From Enterobacter asburiae (GTDB lineage: Bacteria > Pseudomonadota > Gammaproteobacteria > Enterobacterales > Enterobacteriaceae), in assembly GCF_001521715.1 (NCBI RefSeq), contig NZ_CP011863.1, forward strand, positions 2,133,717-2,173,716: a stretch of DNA of 40,000 nt. Reading direction: 5' to 3'. Made by a program: the position numbers and the translations under genes. The notes below the pieces were generated by a model that was not told where the DNA came from, made no database searches, and was given only the letters and a program-made list of their open reading frames with translations. Shown here piece by piece: positions 18,032 through 29,084 of the stretch. Position 1 is the stretch's first letter. Every line of letters begins with the position of its first letter.

Positions 18032-19510
18032 CTAGCCTGCGCGAAGCAGCGTTTTCATTTTTTCGTTACGGCAAAACTGGCGCTTCATCTCCACCACCAG
18101 CGCATTGCGCGACAGCACAATCATCACGACGAATGCCAGCGCCCCCGCGGCAACCTGTACCGCCAGCAGCGCGGCCAGCGGCAGGTGGCCGCCGATGATG
18201 ATGCCCAGGCCGTAGCTCACCGCCAGGGTCGGCAATGAGAGATAGAACGGCAGCCACAGGCTCAGGATGTACTGACGGTAGCTGGAGCCCAGCACCGGCT
18301 TGATCATGATGAAGTAGCTCAGAACGGTATTGATTATCTGCACCAGCAGGAAGCCCAGCGTGACGCCGATGGCGCCTGCCATATGCCCGCCGACGATAAT
18401 CGCCGGAATAAACAGGAAGGTTTTGAACATGTTGAACTTAAAGCTGATATCCACGCGCGCTTTTGCCATCAGCAGGGAACCGATCGGATTCCCCACGGAG
18501 CGCAGGAGCCCCACCACGCACAGCAGCTGAAGGATCGGGATGATGCCGTTCCACTTCTCGCCAAACACCAGCGGCACGAAGTTACTGGAAACCACCATCA
18601 GCCCCAGCAGCACCGGGAAGTTGATAATCCCCACCACGGAAAGCAGCTTGTAGAAGTTAACGCGCAGCTTCTCGGTGTCGTCCTGAATCTTGGCAAACGC
18701 CGGGAACAGGACGCGGGTGATGATCGGGTTCAGCTTCATCGGCGGCACCACCGCGACGTTGTAGGCCAGGTTGTATCCCCCCGCCACGCTCGCGCCAAGA
18801 ATACGCGCCAGCACCAGCGTCGACAGGTTGGTATTCACATAGTTGATGATGCTGTCCGCCGTCAGCCACGCGCCAAAGCGCAGGTTGGACGAGACGGATG
18901 CGAGAGAGAAATGCAGCCCGGGACGGTAGATCTTGCGGCCAAAGTAGCCGAACAGCAGCGTACGCACGGCAGAGTTAACCAGGTATCCGAGGATGGCGGT
19001 CATCGCCAGCGGCCAGAAATGGGCGCTCACGACGGTGAAGGTAAAGCCCGCCAGCACGGCGCTGGTCTCGATCATGCCGATCTTGTTGAACTCCAGCTCT
19101 TTCTGCATCAGCGTGCGGAACTGCTGCCCGTGCGGGATCACCACGAAAGCAAACGACAGCGTGCGCATCAGCGGAGCGAGATCCGGGTTATGCAGCACGC
19201 TGGCGATAGTGTCGCTCAGCAGAAACACCAGCACGAACACGAAAATCCCCAGCCCCACGTTCAGCCAGTAGAGGGTGGTCAACTCAAGATGGCTAATCTC
19301 TTTGCGCTGGATAATCGAGTTGGCAATACCAAAGTCAGACAGCGTATCGGCCAGCGCGATAATCACCAGCGAGACGGTCAGCAGACCGAACTGGTGATTA
19401 TCAATAATGCGCGCCAGCACGGTCATCTGCACCAGGCCGAGGCCAATGATGACGATGGTCGCCATCGCTGACCACTTCGCCCCGCTGATGGTTTTTTCAC
19501 GTAAGCTCAT
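18032..19510 (-). CDS. wzxC: colanic acid repeat-unit flippase WzxC
   Basis: 492 aa polytopic MOP-family protein in the conserved position between wcaJ and wcaK. Confidence 0.93.
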   Translation of the reverse strand: MSLREKTISGAKWSAMATIVIIGLGLVQMTVLARIIDNHQFGLLTVSLVIIALADTLSDFGIANSIIQRKEISHLELTTLYWLNVGLGIFVFVLVFLLSDTIASVLHNPDLAPLMRTLSFAFVVIPHGQQFRTLMQKELEFNKIGMIETSAVLAGFTFTVVSAHFWPLAMTAILGYLVNSAVRTLLFGYFGRKIYRPGLHFSLASVSSNLRFGAWLTADSIINYVNTNLSTLVLARILGASVAGGYNLAYNVAVVPPMKLNPIITRVLFPAFAKIQDDTEKLRVNFYKLLSVVGIINFPVLLGLMVVSSNFVPLVFGEKWNGIIPILQLLCVVGLLRSVGNPIGSLLMAKARVDISFKFNMFKTFLFIPAIIVGGHMAGAIGVTLGFLLVQIINTVLSYFIMIKPVLGSSYRQYILSLWLPFYLSLPTLAVSYGLGIIIGGHLPLAALLAVQVAAGALAFVVMIVLSRNALVVEMKRQFCRNEKMKTLLRAG

Positions 19511-19511
19511 C

Positions 19512-20906
19512 TTAGTACGCCGCTTTGTTCACGAAACCTTTGAAGATGGTCAGAAAAACAATCTTGATATCGAACCAGATACTCCATTCACGGATGTACT
19601 CCAGATCGAATTCGATACGTTTTTCCATTTTTTCCAGCGTGTCGGTTTCGCCGCGCCAGCCGTTGATCTGCGCCCAGCCGGTGATGCCCGGCTTCACCTT
19701 ATGGCGCAGCATGTAGCCTTCAATCAGCGAGCGGTACTGCTCGTTGTGCGCCACCGCGTGCGGACGCGGGCCAACAATCGACATGCCGCCGGTGAAGACG
19801 TTGATAAACTGCGGGAGTTCATCCAGCGAGGTGCGGCGCAGGAAGTTCCCCACGCGGGTGACGCGCGGATCGTTCTGCGTTGCCTGGGTCACCACCTTGT
19901 CGTTTTCCATCACCTTCATGGAGCGGAATTTCCACACCATAATCGGCTTACCGTCCATACCGTAGCGGGTCTGGCGGAAGATAACCGGGCCGGGAGAGCT
20001 CAGCTTCACCGCAAGGGCAATGCAGCACAGAACAGGCGAAATCAGCAGCAGGATCAGCGAAGAGAGCACAATATCTTCCGCGCGCTTCAGCACGCGGTTA
20101 ATCCCGGACAGCGGGGTGTCGTACAGCGGTACCACCGGCACGCCGTTCACTTCTTCAATGCGTGAATGGAGGATGTTAAAGGTAAAGACGTCCGGGATCA
20201 GGATCACCGAACAGGTGGTGTCCGCCAGCTCGCGCATCAGTTGCTTAATGCGGGATTCGTCTCTCATCTGCATGGCGATGTAGACGTTGTGAATTTTACC
20301 GGCTTTCGCGTCTTCAATAAGCTGTTCGTAATTGCCCGCCCAGTCAGACGGCACGCCGCCCGGCTTCGCGTCGTGATAAATCCCGACCACTTCAAACCCT
20401 AACCACGGCTCTTTGCGGAAGCTGTCGAGCAGGACCTTACCAACCGGCAGATCGCCCGCTACCGCCACGAAGCGACGGTTATAACCGCGGTTACGCAGCC
20501 AGCCCGCGCCGAAGCGGATAAGGGAACGGCACACCACCATGCCGACGCTGGTCAGCAGATACCAGCAGAGGTAGGTGACGAGGCGATTATCAAAATCATG
20601 GCTGAATGCCACCAGGCCTGCGCTAAAGATCAGGCTTAGGGTCCAGTTCTGCAGCAACAGCATCAGCTCGGTGGTCATTTTCACGCCGCGCCAGGAGCGA
20701 TAAAAATCGGTCATCCCGCCGATCATCTGAAACACGACCAGCGCAATGAGTGCCATCAGCAGATGCATATATAAGAACGGCAGCCCGCCGATCCGACACA
20801 CCGCCCATAATCCACCGACCATGATGGTGATATCAGAAAAACGCTGCACCATAGAGATTAACGATGCATTCGTTCTCGCTCGTTCGCGTTTTTTTAGATT
20901 CGTCAT
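19512..20906 (-). CDS. wcaJ: undecaprenyl-phosphate glucose-1-phosphate transferase WcaJ
   Basis: 464 aa. N-terminal TM segments plus the C-terminal bacterial sugar transferase domain (...DELPQFINVFTGGMSIVGPRPH...KPGITGWAQINGWRGETD). Confidence 0.95.
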   Translation of the reverse strand: MTNLKKRERARTNASLISMVQRFSDITIMVGGLWAVCRIGGLPFLYMHLLMALIALVVFQMIGGMTDFYRSWRGVKMTTELMLLLQNWTLSLIFSAGLVAFSHDFDNRLVTYLCWYLLTSVGMVVCRSLIRFGAGWLRNRGYNRRFVAVAGDLPVGKVLLDSFRKEPWLGFEVVGIYHDAKPGGVPSDWAGNYEQLIEDAKAGKIHNVYIAMQMRDESRIKQLMRELADTTCSVILIPDVFTFNILHSRIEEVNGVPVVPLYDTPLSGINRVLKRAEDIVLSSLILLLISPVLCCIALAVKLSSPGPVIFRQTRYGMDGKPIMVWKFRSMKVMENDKVVTQATQNDPRVTRVGNFLRRTSLDELPQFINVFTGGMSIVGPRPHAVAHNEQYRSLIEGYMLRHKVKPGITGWAQINGWRGETDTLEKMEKRIEFDLEYIREWSIWFDIKIVFLTIFKGFVNKAAY

Positions 20907-20932
20907 CGTTGTTCCTTTAGTTCTAAACCTTA

Positions 20933-21014
20933 CCCCTCACCCTGCCCCTCTCCCCAAAGGGGAGAGGGAATTTGAACACCCTCTCCCCTTTGGGGAGAGG
21001 GCTGGGGTGAGGGG
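20933..21014. repeat. G-rich nested-palindrome intergenic repeat (boxC-like), inverted pair of units
   Basis: CCCCTCACCCtgCCCCTCTCCCCaaaGGGGAGAGGG-aatttgaaca-CCCTCTCCCCtttGGGGAGAGGGctGGGGTGAGGGG. That is two inner hairpins enclosed by an outer stem. It fills most of the cpsG-wcaJ spacer. The same family occurs at 32842-32918 and 38998-39029. The family name is from memory. Confidence 0.8.
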
Positions 21015-21020
21015 CAGTTA

Positions 21021-22391
21021 TTACTGATTCAACAGCGCCAGAATGTCCTTCGTTCGGGCTTCCATCAGCGCCGTGTCAGCACGGGACTCCACGTTCAGGC
21101 GCACCACCGGCTCGGTGTTGGACGAGCGCAGGTTGAAGCGCCACTGCGGGAACGCCATGCTGATGCCGTCCGTACGGTCAATTTCCAGCGCGTGGATCGC
21201 AAAGTGCTGCTCCACGCGGGCAATGGCCTCGGCCGGCTCCGCCAGCTTGCTGTTGATCTCCCCGCTCGCCGGGAACGCCGCCATGCGGTCGCGCACCAGC
21301 TCGCCCAGCGTCTGCCCCTTCAGGCACAGCAGCTCGGTGACCAGCAGCCACGGGATCATCCCGCTGTCGCAGTAGGCAAAATCACGGAAGTAGTGGTGGG
21401 CGCTCATCTCGCCGCCGTAGATGGCGTCTTCTTCGCGCATGCGCTCTTTGATGAAGGCGTGGCCGGTTTTGGACATTACCGGCGTGCCGCCCGCCGCTGA
21501 CACCACGTCGACGGTGTTCCAGGAAAGGCGCGGGTCATGGATGATTTTCGCGCCCGGGTTTTTCTCGAGGAACGCTTCCGCCAGCAGGCCGACAATGTAG
21601 TAGCCCTCGATGAACTGCCCTTTCTCGTCGAACAGGAAGCAACGGTCGAAGTCACCGTCAAAGGCGATCCCCATGTCCGCGCCGTGCTCAATCACCGCGT
21701 TGCGGGTGTCGTCGCGGCATTCCGGCAGCAGCGGGTTAGGAATACCGTTCGGGAAGTTGCCGTCCGGGGTGTTGTGTACCTTGACGAAGGTCACCGGCAC
21801 GTTCAGCGCCTTAAAGCGGGCTTCCAGCGCGTCCACCACCGGGCCGGCCGCGCCGTTACCGGAGTTAATCACCAGCTTCAGCGGCTTGAGGTTCGCCACG
21901 TTGATGTAGCCCAGCAGGTGGTCGATGTACTCTTTCTGCAGGTTGATTTTTTTGTAGCTGCCGCGCTTCGCCTCGTTCACCGGCGGGAAATCGTTGGCTT
22001 CCGCCAGGCGCTGCACGTCGCGCAGGCCGGTGTCGCCGCTGATCGGGCGGGCGCCCTTGCGCACCAGCTTCATCCCGTTGTAGTCCATCGGGTTGTGGCT
22101 GGCCGTCACTTCGATACCGCCGTCCACGCCCAGGTGGAAGGTGGCAAAGTAAATCTCCTCGGTCCCGGAAAGGCCGATATCCAGCACGTCCACGCCCGCG
22201 TCCTGCAGCCCTTTCGCCAGGGCCAGCTTGAGGGATTCACTAGTCAGACGCACGTCGCCGCCCAGCACGATGGTCTGCGGTTTTAAATATTCGCCGTACG
22301 CGCGGCCAATGCGCCACGCGATGTCTTCATTCAGCTCTTCGCCCAGCTTGCCGCGAATATCGTAGGCTTTAAAACAGGTTAATTTTTCCAT
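21021..22391 (-). CDS. cpsG: phosphomannomutase
   Basis: 456 aa from [21 protein letters not shown]..., with the active-site motif [11 protein letters not shown]. The track ORF has a 33-codon upstream extension that runs through a REP element; I reject the extension. Confidence 0.95.
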   Translation of the reverse strand: MEKLTCFKAYDIRGKLGEELNEDIAWRIGRAYGEYLKPQTIVLGGDVRLTSESLKLALAKGLQDAGVDVLDIGLSGTEEIYFATFHLGVDGGIEVTASHNPMDYNGMKLVRKGARPISGDTGLRDVQRLAEANDFPPVNEAKRGSYKKINLQKEYIDHLLGYINVANLKPLKLVINSGNGAAGPVVDALEARFKALNVPVTFVKVHNTPDGNFPNGIPNPLLPECRDDTRNAVIEHGADMGIAFDGDFDRCFLFDEKGQFIEGYYIVGLLAEAFLEKNPGAKIIHDPRLSWNTVDVVSAAGGTPVMSKTGHAFIKERMREEDAIYGGEMSAHHYFRDFAYCDSGMIPWLLVTELLCLKGQTLGELVRDRMAAFPASGEINSKLAEPAEAIARVEQHFAIHALEIDRTDGISMAFPQWRFNLRSSNTEPVVRLNVESRADTALMEARTKDILALLNQ

Positions 22392-22462
22392 GATGACCCC
22401 TTTTTCAGGCAACAGTCGGCCCTGACCACTTAATGGCCAAATTGATTTTTTTGTCATTCGCA

Positions 22463-22487
22463 GGCCCGGTAAGCGCAGCCCACCGGG
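22463..22487. repeat. REP-like palindromic unit in the cpsB-cpsG spacer
   Basis: GCCCGGTaagcgcagcccACCGGGC, a 7-bp stem typical of enterobacterial REP/PU units. Sits in a ~110-nt intra-operon spacer. Confidence 0.65.
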
Positions 22488-22501
22488 CATAATGCAGAGT
22501 G

Positions 22502-23938
22502 CTACACCCGCCCGTAGCGGTCCTGGAAGCGCACGATATCGTCCTCTTCCAGATACGAGCCGGAGCGCACCTCAATTAAGTCGAGAGGAATTTTCCCCGG
22601 GTTCTCCAGACAGTGCGTCGCCCCCAGCGGAATATAAATGGACTCGTTTTCACCCAGCAGTTTGATTTCACCGTCGATAGTGACTTTAGCGGTACCCGCA
22701 ACCACCACCCAGTGCTCGGCGCGGTGATGGTGCATCTGCACCGACAGCCCCTCGCCCGGCTTCACGGTGATGCGTTTCACCTGGTAGCGGTCACCGGAGT
22801 CAATGGAGTCATATTTCCCCCACGGACGGTAGACTTCGCGGTGAATATGGTGCTCGTGACGGCCATCGGCCTTGATCTGCTCCACCACTTTTTTAACGTC
22901 CTGCACGGCGTTACGGTCGGCAATCAGCACGGCGTCCTTGGTCTGGACAACCACCAGATCCTTCACCCCGACCGTGGTCACCAGGCCGGATTCGGCGTAG
23001 ACGTAGCTGTTTTCCGTTTTGTGGCTAATAACATCGCCGTGGTGGACGTTACCCTCCGGGGTATGGGCGCTGATCTCCCACAGAGAGGACCAGGAGCCGA
23101 CATCGCTCCAGCCCGCATCCATAGGTACCACGACGGCGTCCGCCGTACGTTCCATCACCGCATAGTCAATGGACTCTTCCGGGCAGGCGAGGAACGCCTC
23201 TTCATCCACGCGGATGAAGTCGAGATCCGGGTCCACCACCGCCATCGCTTTCTCGCAGGCATTCAGAATATCCGGGCGGTATTTGCGCAGCTCTTCCAGG
23301 TAGCGTCCGGCACGGAACAGGAACATCCCGCTGTTCCAGTAATATTCACCGCTGGCGACATACGCCTGCGCGGTTTCCAGATTCGGTTTTTCAACAAACT
23401 GCGCCACGTCAAACGCCACGCTGTCGCCTTCACCCGGCGTCACGCTGCCGCGACGAATGTAGCCATAGCCGGTTTCCGGCAGATCCGGCACGATGCCGAA
23501 GGTCACCAGCTTGCCGCTCTCGGCGTAAGGGATCGCCGCACGCACCGCGTCGCGGAAGGCGTCTTCCTGCTGGATAACGTGGTCTGCCGCCAGGACCAGC
23601 ATCAGCGGGTCACAGTCCGGGCTGCTGCGTTTTGCCGCCAGCGCCGCCAGGGCGATCGCAGGCGCGGTATTGCGTCCGGCAGGCTCCAGGATGATGTTTT
23701 CGGTGAGCTTATTCAGCTGGCGCAGCTGCTCGGCAACAATAAAGCGGTGCTGTTCGTTACAGATCACCACCGGGCTTTCACACTCCACGCCGTGCAGACG
23801 GTTTACCGTCGTCTGCAGCATGGTGAGATCCCCTTTCAGGCAGAGGAACTGTTTTGGATAGAGCACGCGGGACAGCGGCCACAACCGGCTACCAGAGCCA
23901 CCAGCCATCACAACCGGATACAAAGTGGTTTGACTCAT
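22502..23938 (-). CDS. cpsB: mannose-1-phosphate guanylyltransferase
   Basis: 478 aa: [31 protein letters not shown]..., with a C-terminal cupin (mannose-6-phosphate isomerase type II-like) domain. Confidence 0.95.
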   Translation of the reverse strand: MSQTTLYPVVMAGGSGSRLWPLSRVLYPKQFLCLKGDLTMLQTTVNRLHGVECESPVVICNEQHRFIVAEQLRQLNKLTENIILEPAGRNTAPAIALAALAAKRSSPDCDPLMLVLAADHVIQQEDAFRDAVRAAIPYAESGKLVTFGIVPDLPETGYGYIRRGSVTPGEGDSVAFDVAQFVEKPNLETAQAYVASGEYYWNSGMFLFRAGRYLEELRKYRPDILNACEKAMAVVDPDLDFIRVDEEAFLACPEESIDYAVMERTADAVVVPMDAGWSDVGSWSSLWEISAHTPEGNVHHGDVISHKTENSYVYAESGLVTTVGVKDLVVVQTKDAVLIADRNAVQDVKKVVEQIKADGRHEHHIHREVYRPWGKYDSIDSGDRYQVKRITVKPGEGLSVQMHHHRAEHWVVVAGTAKVTIDGEIKLLGENESIYIPLGATHCLENPGKIPLDLIEVRSGSYLEEDDIVRFQDRYGRV

Positions 23939-23941
23939 GAT

Positions 23942-25165
23942 TTATCCCCGTATATCTGCAATAAATTGGCTCAGCACGTTCTCTTTTTCGAGCGTGCGTT
24001 CGGCATATTCACGTGCCACCGTGTTCACTTTTGGCATGGCAAGTGCCTGTTCAATTCCGGTTACCAGCGCCGGGACCGATTCCGGCTCCACGCACACGGC
24101 AATCCCCGGATAGCTGTCACACAGCTGGCCTAATTCTGTTTCGGCTTCTGCCGTGATCACCGCGTTACCGCCCACTGCCAGAATGTTGGTCAGCTTGGAC
24201 GGCAGCACCGCGTCCGCGGCGCCGCGTTTTTGGACCACCAGATGGCAGTCGCCCATCTTCAGCAGCGCAGGCAATGCCTCGTAAGACTGAAGCGGGAAAA
24301 ATTTCACGTTGGTCAAGCCGCGTTCCCCGGCCATTTTTTCCAGCCGCGCTTTTCCACCGCCCTGCCCGACAATCACAAACGTCCACGGATGTTCACTCAG
24401 CAGCTGGGCCGCTTCAATCACGCTTTCCAGCCCCTGCTTTTCGCCGATGTTGCCTGAGTAAAGAATGATTTTTTGATCTTCAGGCAAACCGAGCTGCGCG
24501 CGCAGGACATGAGCATCTTGCTCAGTTACATCGCGAAAACGCGCCACTTCGGACCAGTTCGGGAAGAAAATGACTTTCTCCGCCGGGACGCCCTTCTCCT
24601 GCGCCTTGTTCATCATCGAGCGCGAGATAGTCGAGACGTAATCCACGTTGTGCAGCCCGCTGCGCTCAAACGCGCTGGCGAGCTTCGCCACCTTGCCGCC
24701 CTTGCTTTTGCCTGCCATCCCCAGGCCCAGCATGGCGTCAACTTCATAATCCTGAATATGCAGCAGGGTGCGCGCGCCGGAGAGTTTGCCCAGCAGGCGC
24801 ATGCCCGGCGTGCAGAACAGCGTCGGCACCACGCCGATAATGCGATCCGGCTTCCAGCGACGCTGCGCCATCAGCGGGAAAAAACTGCTCAGGGCAAAGC
24901 TGCCCAGATGAAGTAACCGTTTCAGCGTTGAGGGCTGCTTAGGGACATACAGCGGGCAGCGCCAGACGGTCGCTGCACCCTCTTCGCGACGGTAGCGCCA
25001 GCTTGAGTAGCGCTCCCCGACTTTCCACTCCGGGTAGTACGGCGGCGCGGTAATGACCCGCACGTCATGTCCCTGGCTCGCCATCCACTCGACCATCTCG
25101 CCGGTGTATTTTCCGATGCCGGTTAATTCCGGCGAGTAGTTGATTCCGTATACGAGGATCTTCAT
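23942..25165 (-). CDS. wcaI: colanic acid glycosyltransferase WcaI
   Basis: 407 aa: [24 protein letters not shown]..., a GT-B enzyme collinear with WcaI. Confidence 0.93.
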   Translation of the reverse strand: MKILVYGINYSPELTGIGKYTGEMVEWMASQGHDVRVITAPPYYPEWKVGERYSSWRYRREEGAATVWRCPLYVPKQPSTLKRLLHLGSFALSSFFPLMAQRRWKPDRIIGVVPTLFCTPGMRLLGKLSGARTLLHIQDYEVDAMLGLGMAGKSKGGKVAKLASAFERSGLHNVDYVSTISRSMMNKAQEKGVPAEKVIFFPNWSEVARFRDVTEQDAHVLRAQLGLPEDQKIILYSGNIGEKQGLESVIEAAQLLSEHPWTFVIVGQGGGKARLEKMAGERGLTNVKFFPLQSYEALPALLKMGDCHLVVQKRGAADAVLPSKLTNILAVGGNAVITAEAETELGQLCDSYPGIAVCVEPESVPALVTGIEQALAMPKVNTVAREYAERTLEKENVLSQFIADIRG

Positions 25166-25641
25166 ATGCCCGGCACCTCGGCCTGACGTTCAGCCAGGAA
25201 ATAGGCACGACTGTTGTCATGCACATTGTCGCTGGCAAGCAGCGCCTCTGGCGTTTGCCAGCGGTAGTCGTCATGCTGAGAATCAGGCAGACGCAGGTCT
25301 GCCTCACTCACCTTCAGGCGGAACCCCAGCACGATGTAGTGCGTGGTGAACCCGGTGCCTGAAAAGTTATCGTCATAGAAGTGCTGCCAGACCCCGTAAA
25401 ACTGGCCCGCTGCCATCGGCAGCTGCAGGCCCAGTTCCGCCAGAGTGAGTCGCTCAAACGCATCGCTCAGCGTCTCATCCTTCTGCACGCGCCCGCCGGG
25501 CACGAACCAGAAGCCCTGTGCAGGACGGTTGGTTCGTTTCCCCAGCAAGAACTCGCCGCGTTCGTTCTCCACGATCAAATCAATTGAGATGAGCGGAGTG
25601 GAACGCACTACCGTGGCAAAATCTTCCTGACTTAAAAACAT
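25162..25641 (-). CDS. gmm: GDP-mannose mannosyl hydrolase (Nudix)
   Basis: 159 aa from [22 protein letters not shown]..., with the Nudix box [23 protein letters not shown]. The 13-codon upstream extension in the track overlaps fcl and is rejected. Confidence 0.93.
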   Translation of the reverse strand: MFLSQEDFATVVRSTPLISIDLIVENERGEFLLGKRTNRPAQGFWFVPGGRVQKDETLSDAFERLTLAELGLQLPMAAGQFYGVWQHFYDDNFSGTGFTTHYIVLGFRLKVSEADLRLPDSQHDDYRWQTPEALLASDNVHDNSRAYFLAERQAEVPGI

Positions 25642-25643
25642 CG

Positions 25644-26609
25644 TTACCCCCGGAAGCGGTGCTGGTTTTCCAGGAACCACTGGTAGGTACTGGCCAGACC
25701 CTGCTCCAGTGACACCTCGTGATACCAGCCCAGCTGATGCAGACGGGTCACGTCCAGCAGCTTGCGCGGCGTGCCGTCCGGTTTCGTCGCGTCAAACACC
25801 ACGCGGCCTTTGTAGCCCACTACCTGCGCGATGGTTTGCGCCAGCTCGCGAATGGTGCAGTCCACGCCGGTACCAACGTTGATGTGCGACAGCATCGGCT
25901 CGGTGTTCTCCTGCCACACCTCGCGATCCAGCTCCATCACGTGAATGCTGGCGGCAGCCATGTCGTCCACGTGCAGGAATTCACGCATCGGCGTACCGCT
26001 GCCCCACACCACAACGTCCGGCGCGTTCTCGGCGGTAGCCTCGTGGAAGCGGCGCAGCAGCGCCGGGATCACGTGCGAGTTGCTCGGGTGGAAGTTGTCG
26101 TGCGGTCCGTACAGGTTGGTCGGCATCACCGAGCGATAGTCGCGGTTGTACTGACGGTTGTAGGACTCGCACAGCTTGATCCCGGCAATCTTGGCAATCG
26201 CGTACGGCTCGTTGGTGGCTTCCAGCGTGCCCTGCAGCAGTTCGCTCTCGGCGATCGGCTGCTTCGCCATTTTCGGGTAAATACAGGACGATCCGAGGAA
26301 CAGCAGCTTATTCACGTTGTGCAAATGCGCCGCGTGAATGATGTTGCTCTCGATCATCATGTTTTCGTAGATGAAATCCGCAGGGTAGGTGTTGTTGGCA
26401 ACAATGCCGCCTACCTTCGCCGCGGCCAGATACACCTGGTCAATGCGTTCGTTAGCAAAGAAGTCCTGTACCGCACGGCTGTCGAGCAGGTTCAGCTCGT
26501 CGCGCGTGCGGACAACCACCTCGACGTCACCGCGCTGTTCGAGCTGGCGAACAATCGCGGAACCCACCATTCCGCGATGACCGGCGACAAAAATACGTTG
26601 TTTTGTCAT
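25644..26609 (-). CDS. fcl: GDP-L-fucose synthase
   Basis: 321 aa: [28 protein letters not shown]... [15 protein letters not shown] (YxxxK). Confidence 0.95.
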   Translation of the reverse strand: MTKQRIFVAGHRGMVGSAIVRQLEQRGDVEVVVRTRDELNLLDSRAVQDFFANERIDQVYLAAAKVGGIVANNTYPADFIYENMMIESNIIHAAHLHNVNKLLFLGSSCIYPKMAKQPIAESELLQGTLEATNEPYAIAKIAGIKLCESYNRQYNRDYRSVMPTNLYGPHDNFHPSNSHVIPALLRRFHEATAENAPDVVVWGSGTPMREFLHVDDMAAASIHVMELDREVWQENTEPMLSHINVGTGVDCTIRELAQTIAQVVGYKGRVVFDATKPDGTPRKLLDVTRLHQLGWYHEVSLEQGLASTYQWFLENQHRFRG

Positions 26610-26611
26610 TC

Positions 26612-27733
26612 TCAGGACTCCAGCGCGATGGCAACCTCGTAGCCATGAGACTTAAGCAGAGAGTGTTTTTTCGCTGCTTCAAGATCTTTGGCTACCATCT
26701 CGGAAACCATTTCCTGCAGAGTGATTTCTGGTTTCCAGCCCAGCTTCTCGTGCGCTTTGGTTGGGTCGCCCAGCAGGGTTTCCACTTCAGCAGGACGGAA
26801 GTAGCGCGGGTCAACCTGCACAATCACGTCGCCTGGCTTCACGCCCGGAGCGTCGTGGCCGGTCACGGAAACCACGATACCTTTCTCTTCCACGCCGGTG
26901 CCTTCGAAGCGCAGTTTGATGCCCAGCTGTGCCGCGGCCATTTCAACGAACTGACGAACGGAGTACTGCACGCCGGTCGCAATCACGAAGTCTTCTGGCT
27001 GTTCCTGCTGCAGCATCATCCACTGCATTTTCACGTAGTCTTTGGCATGGCCCCAGTCACGCAGGGAATCCATGTTGCCGAGGTGCAGGCAAGACTCCAG
27101 ACCCTGCGCGATGTTGGCGATGGCGCGGGTGATTTTGCGGGTCACGAAGGTTTCGCCGCGACGCGGAGATTCGTGGTTGAACAGGATGCCGTTACAGGCG
27201 TACATGCCGTAGGATTCACGGTAGTTCACGGTGATCCAGTAGGCGTACAGTTTTGCTACCGCATACGGAGAGCGCGGGTAGAACGGCGTGGTCTCTTTCT
27301 GTGGGATTTCCTGCACCAGACCGTACAGCTCGGAGGTGGATGCCTGATAGAAGCGAGTTTTCTTCTCAAGGCCAAGGAAGCGGATCGCTTCCAGCAGACG
27401 CAGCGTACCCATGGCATCAACGTCAGCGGTGTATTCCGGGGATTCGAAGGAGACCGCTACGTGGCTCATCGCGCCCAGGTTGTAGACTTCATCCGGCTGT
27501 ACTTCCTGCAGGATACGGGTCAGGTTGGAGGTATCGGTCAGGTCGCCGTAGTGCAGGTGGAATTTCGGGTTCGCCGCATGAGGATCCTGATAAATATGAT
27601 CCACACGTTCAGTGTTGAAAGAAGATGCACGACGTTTAATACCGTGTACTTCATACCCTTTTTCCAGCAGGAACTCTGCCAGGTAAGAACCATCCTGCCC
27701 GGTAACGCCGGTGATGAGAGCGACTTTAGACAT
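26612..27733 (-). CDS. gmd: GDP-mannose 4,6-dehydratase
   Basis: 373 aa: [48 protein letters not shown]... [10 protein letters not shown]. Confidence 0.96.
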   Translation of the reverse strand: MSKVALITGVTGQDGSYLAEFLLEKGYEVHGIKRRASSFNTERVDHIYQDPHAANPKFHLHYGDLTDTSNLTRILQEVQPDEVYNLGAMSHVAVSFESPEYTADVDAMGTLRLLEAIRFLGLEKKTRFYQASTSELYGLVQEIPQKETTPFYPRSPYAVAKLYAYWITVNYRESYGMYACNGILFNHESPRRGETFVTRKITRAIANIAQGLESCLHLGNMDSLRDWGHAKDYVKMQWMMLQQEQPEDFVIATGVQYSVRQFVEMAAAQLGIKLRFEGTGVEEKGIVVSVTGHDAPGVKPGDVIVQVDPRYFRPAEVETLLGDPTKAHEKLGWKPEITLQEMVSEMVAKDLEAAKKHSLLKSHGYEVAIALES

Positions 27734-27757
27734 GTTTATATTCCTCTACTTATGAAT

Positions 27758-28306
27758 TTAATCAGTTTCAACGCGTTCGCGTATCACCACTGCGGGGTTG
27801 CCACGGCAAATTTTATTTGCCGGTAGCGATTTAAAAACGCTGCTGCGGGCACCGACTACCGTGCCATCGCCAACAGAAACACCCGGTGCAACAAAAACAT
27901 CCGTTGCCAGCCAGCATTTTTCACCTATCGCAATAGGCGAAGCGGTAATATCAAAATGCTGACTCATAAAATCGTGGCTGCCGGTGCACAAATAACACTT
28001 CTGTGAAACCACCGAATTTGCGCCAATCGTTATTTCGCCAAGGGTATATAACACCGCGTCATCCCCAACCCATGCGTAATCTCCCAGCGTTAATTTCCAC
28101 GGATAGGTAATTTTCACAGAAGGTCGGATGACTACGTTTTTTCCGATTTTTGCGCCAAACAGACGCAATAAAAAAGCTCGCCAGCGGTACATTATTTGCG
28201 GCGACCAGGCAAATAATGTTGCCTGAACGGCCCACCACAGCTGTACCTTAATACCATTCCCGCCCCGAAAACCTTCCGGCACGGAGAAACCTTTTAAATC
28301 CTGCAT
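27758..28306 (-). CDS. wcaF: colanic acid O-acetyltransferase WcaF
   Basis: 182 aa hexapeptide acetyltransferase, collinear with E. coli WcaF (MQDL.GFSVP.GFRGGN.IKVQLWWAVQATLFAWSPQ...). Confidence 0.94.
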   Translation of the reverse strand: MQDLKGFSVPEGFRGGNGIKVQLWWAVQATLFAWSPQIMYRWRAFLLRLFGAKIGKNVVIRPSVKITYPWKLTLGDYAWVGDDAVLYTLGEITIGANSVVSQKCYLCTGSHDFMSQHFDITASPIAIGEKCWLATDVFVAPGVSVGDGTVVGARSSVFKSLPANKICRGNPAVVIRERVETD

Positions 28307-28321
28307 TGCGTTTCCTTATAT

Positions 28322-29068
28322 TCAGGCTTTGTTATATAAGGTTTTCGTTTTGCCTGTGGTACGCAGGCGTAATAAATAAGATAATTCCGCCCAGAACCCC
28401 GGCACGCATAATATTTTACGCTGTACGTTTTTGGCATCCTGGCACAATTCCAGATTATTAGACGTTGACACGCCGCCCATTGAGAATTCAGACACCAGCC
28501 CTTTAATTCGACGGAACGGGTAACCAGATTTATACAGGCTGGCTGCCAGCGCATAATCGGAAGACACTTTATACTGCAAATCGTAAGGCTGTTTTTTCAG
28601 ACCCTTTACCGGGAAGAAAATGGCCTGGTGGCTGGCCGGCAAGCTGTGGTAGATATACCAGCCTGGCTTCGCGCTGCGGCACACTTTATGTCCGTCGCCA
28701 AAATCGAGCAGCGCATCGCCAATATACATGGCGTCCTCTTTCTGGCGAGCCAGCTGACGTGCAAACAGCGCCACGTCTTCATGGAAAATATCGCCCGAGT
28801 TCAGGAAGATGGCATAACGGCCTTGCGCCATGCTGATGCCTTTATTCATCGCATCATAGATGCCTTTATCTTTCTCGCTGATGTAGCGTAAGTTGAACTC
28901 ACCGTTGAGTTTTTCCAGAAACTCCGCCGTGCCATCGTTCGAGCCGCCGTCGACCACAATCCACTCAAAGGTGAGGCTTGGATCGCGCGCCAGGTTGCGC
29001 AGCGAGCGCCAGGTTTTTACCATCCCTTCGTAATTACGAAAAGCGACAGTAATGACGCTAAGAAACAT
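28322..29068 (-). CDS. wcaE: colanic acid glycosyltransferase WcaE (GT2)
   Basis: 248 aa: SVITVAFRN...[12 protein letters not shown]...[10 protein letters not shown], collinear with WcaE. Confidence 0.94.
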   Translation of the reverse strand: MFLSVITVAFRNYEGMVKTWRSLRNLARDPSLTFEWIVVDGGSNDGTAEFLEKLNGEFNLRYISEKDKGIYDAMNKGISMAQGRYAIFLNSGDIFHEDVALFARQLARQKEDAMYIGDALLDFGDGHKVCRSAKPGWYIYHSLPASHQAIFFPVKGLKKQPYDLQYKVSSDYALAASLYKSGYPFRRIKGLVSEFSMGGVSTSNNLELCQDAKNVQRKILCVPGFWAELSYLLRLRTTGKTKTLYNKA

Positions 29069-29084
29069 AAATCACCTCATTTCG

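Noticed and set aside
21021-22490. N-terminally extended ORF calls in the track: cpsG (+33 codons), wzc (+12), gmm (+13), wcaD (+64), wcaA (+7), galF (+4, GTG) and rmlB (+19).
   Set aside because: The extensions run through upstream genes, repeats or SD sequences. The conserved protein N-termini begin at internal ATG/GTG codons with proper SDs, so these are longest-ORF artefacts, not novel domains.
22613-24133. 506-aa plus-strand ORF spanning cpsB and the 3' end of wcaI. Similar long plus-strand ORFs occur at 18383-19471, 19407-20165, 21537-22286, 25719-26642, 26603-27826, 35169-36068, 14695-15240 and 15425-15913.
   Set aside because: All are antisense to strongly recognisable, conserved colanic acid genes. 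Their translations are low-complexity and R/H/Q/G/V-rich, with no motifs. Long stop-free antisense frames are an expected artefact of ~55-60% G+C coding DNA.
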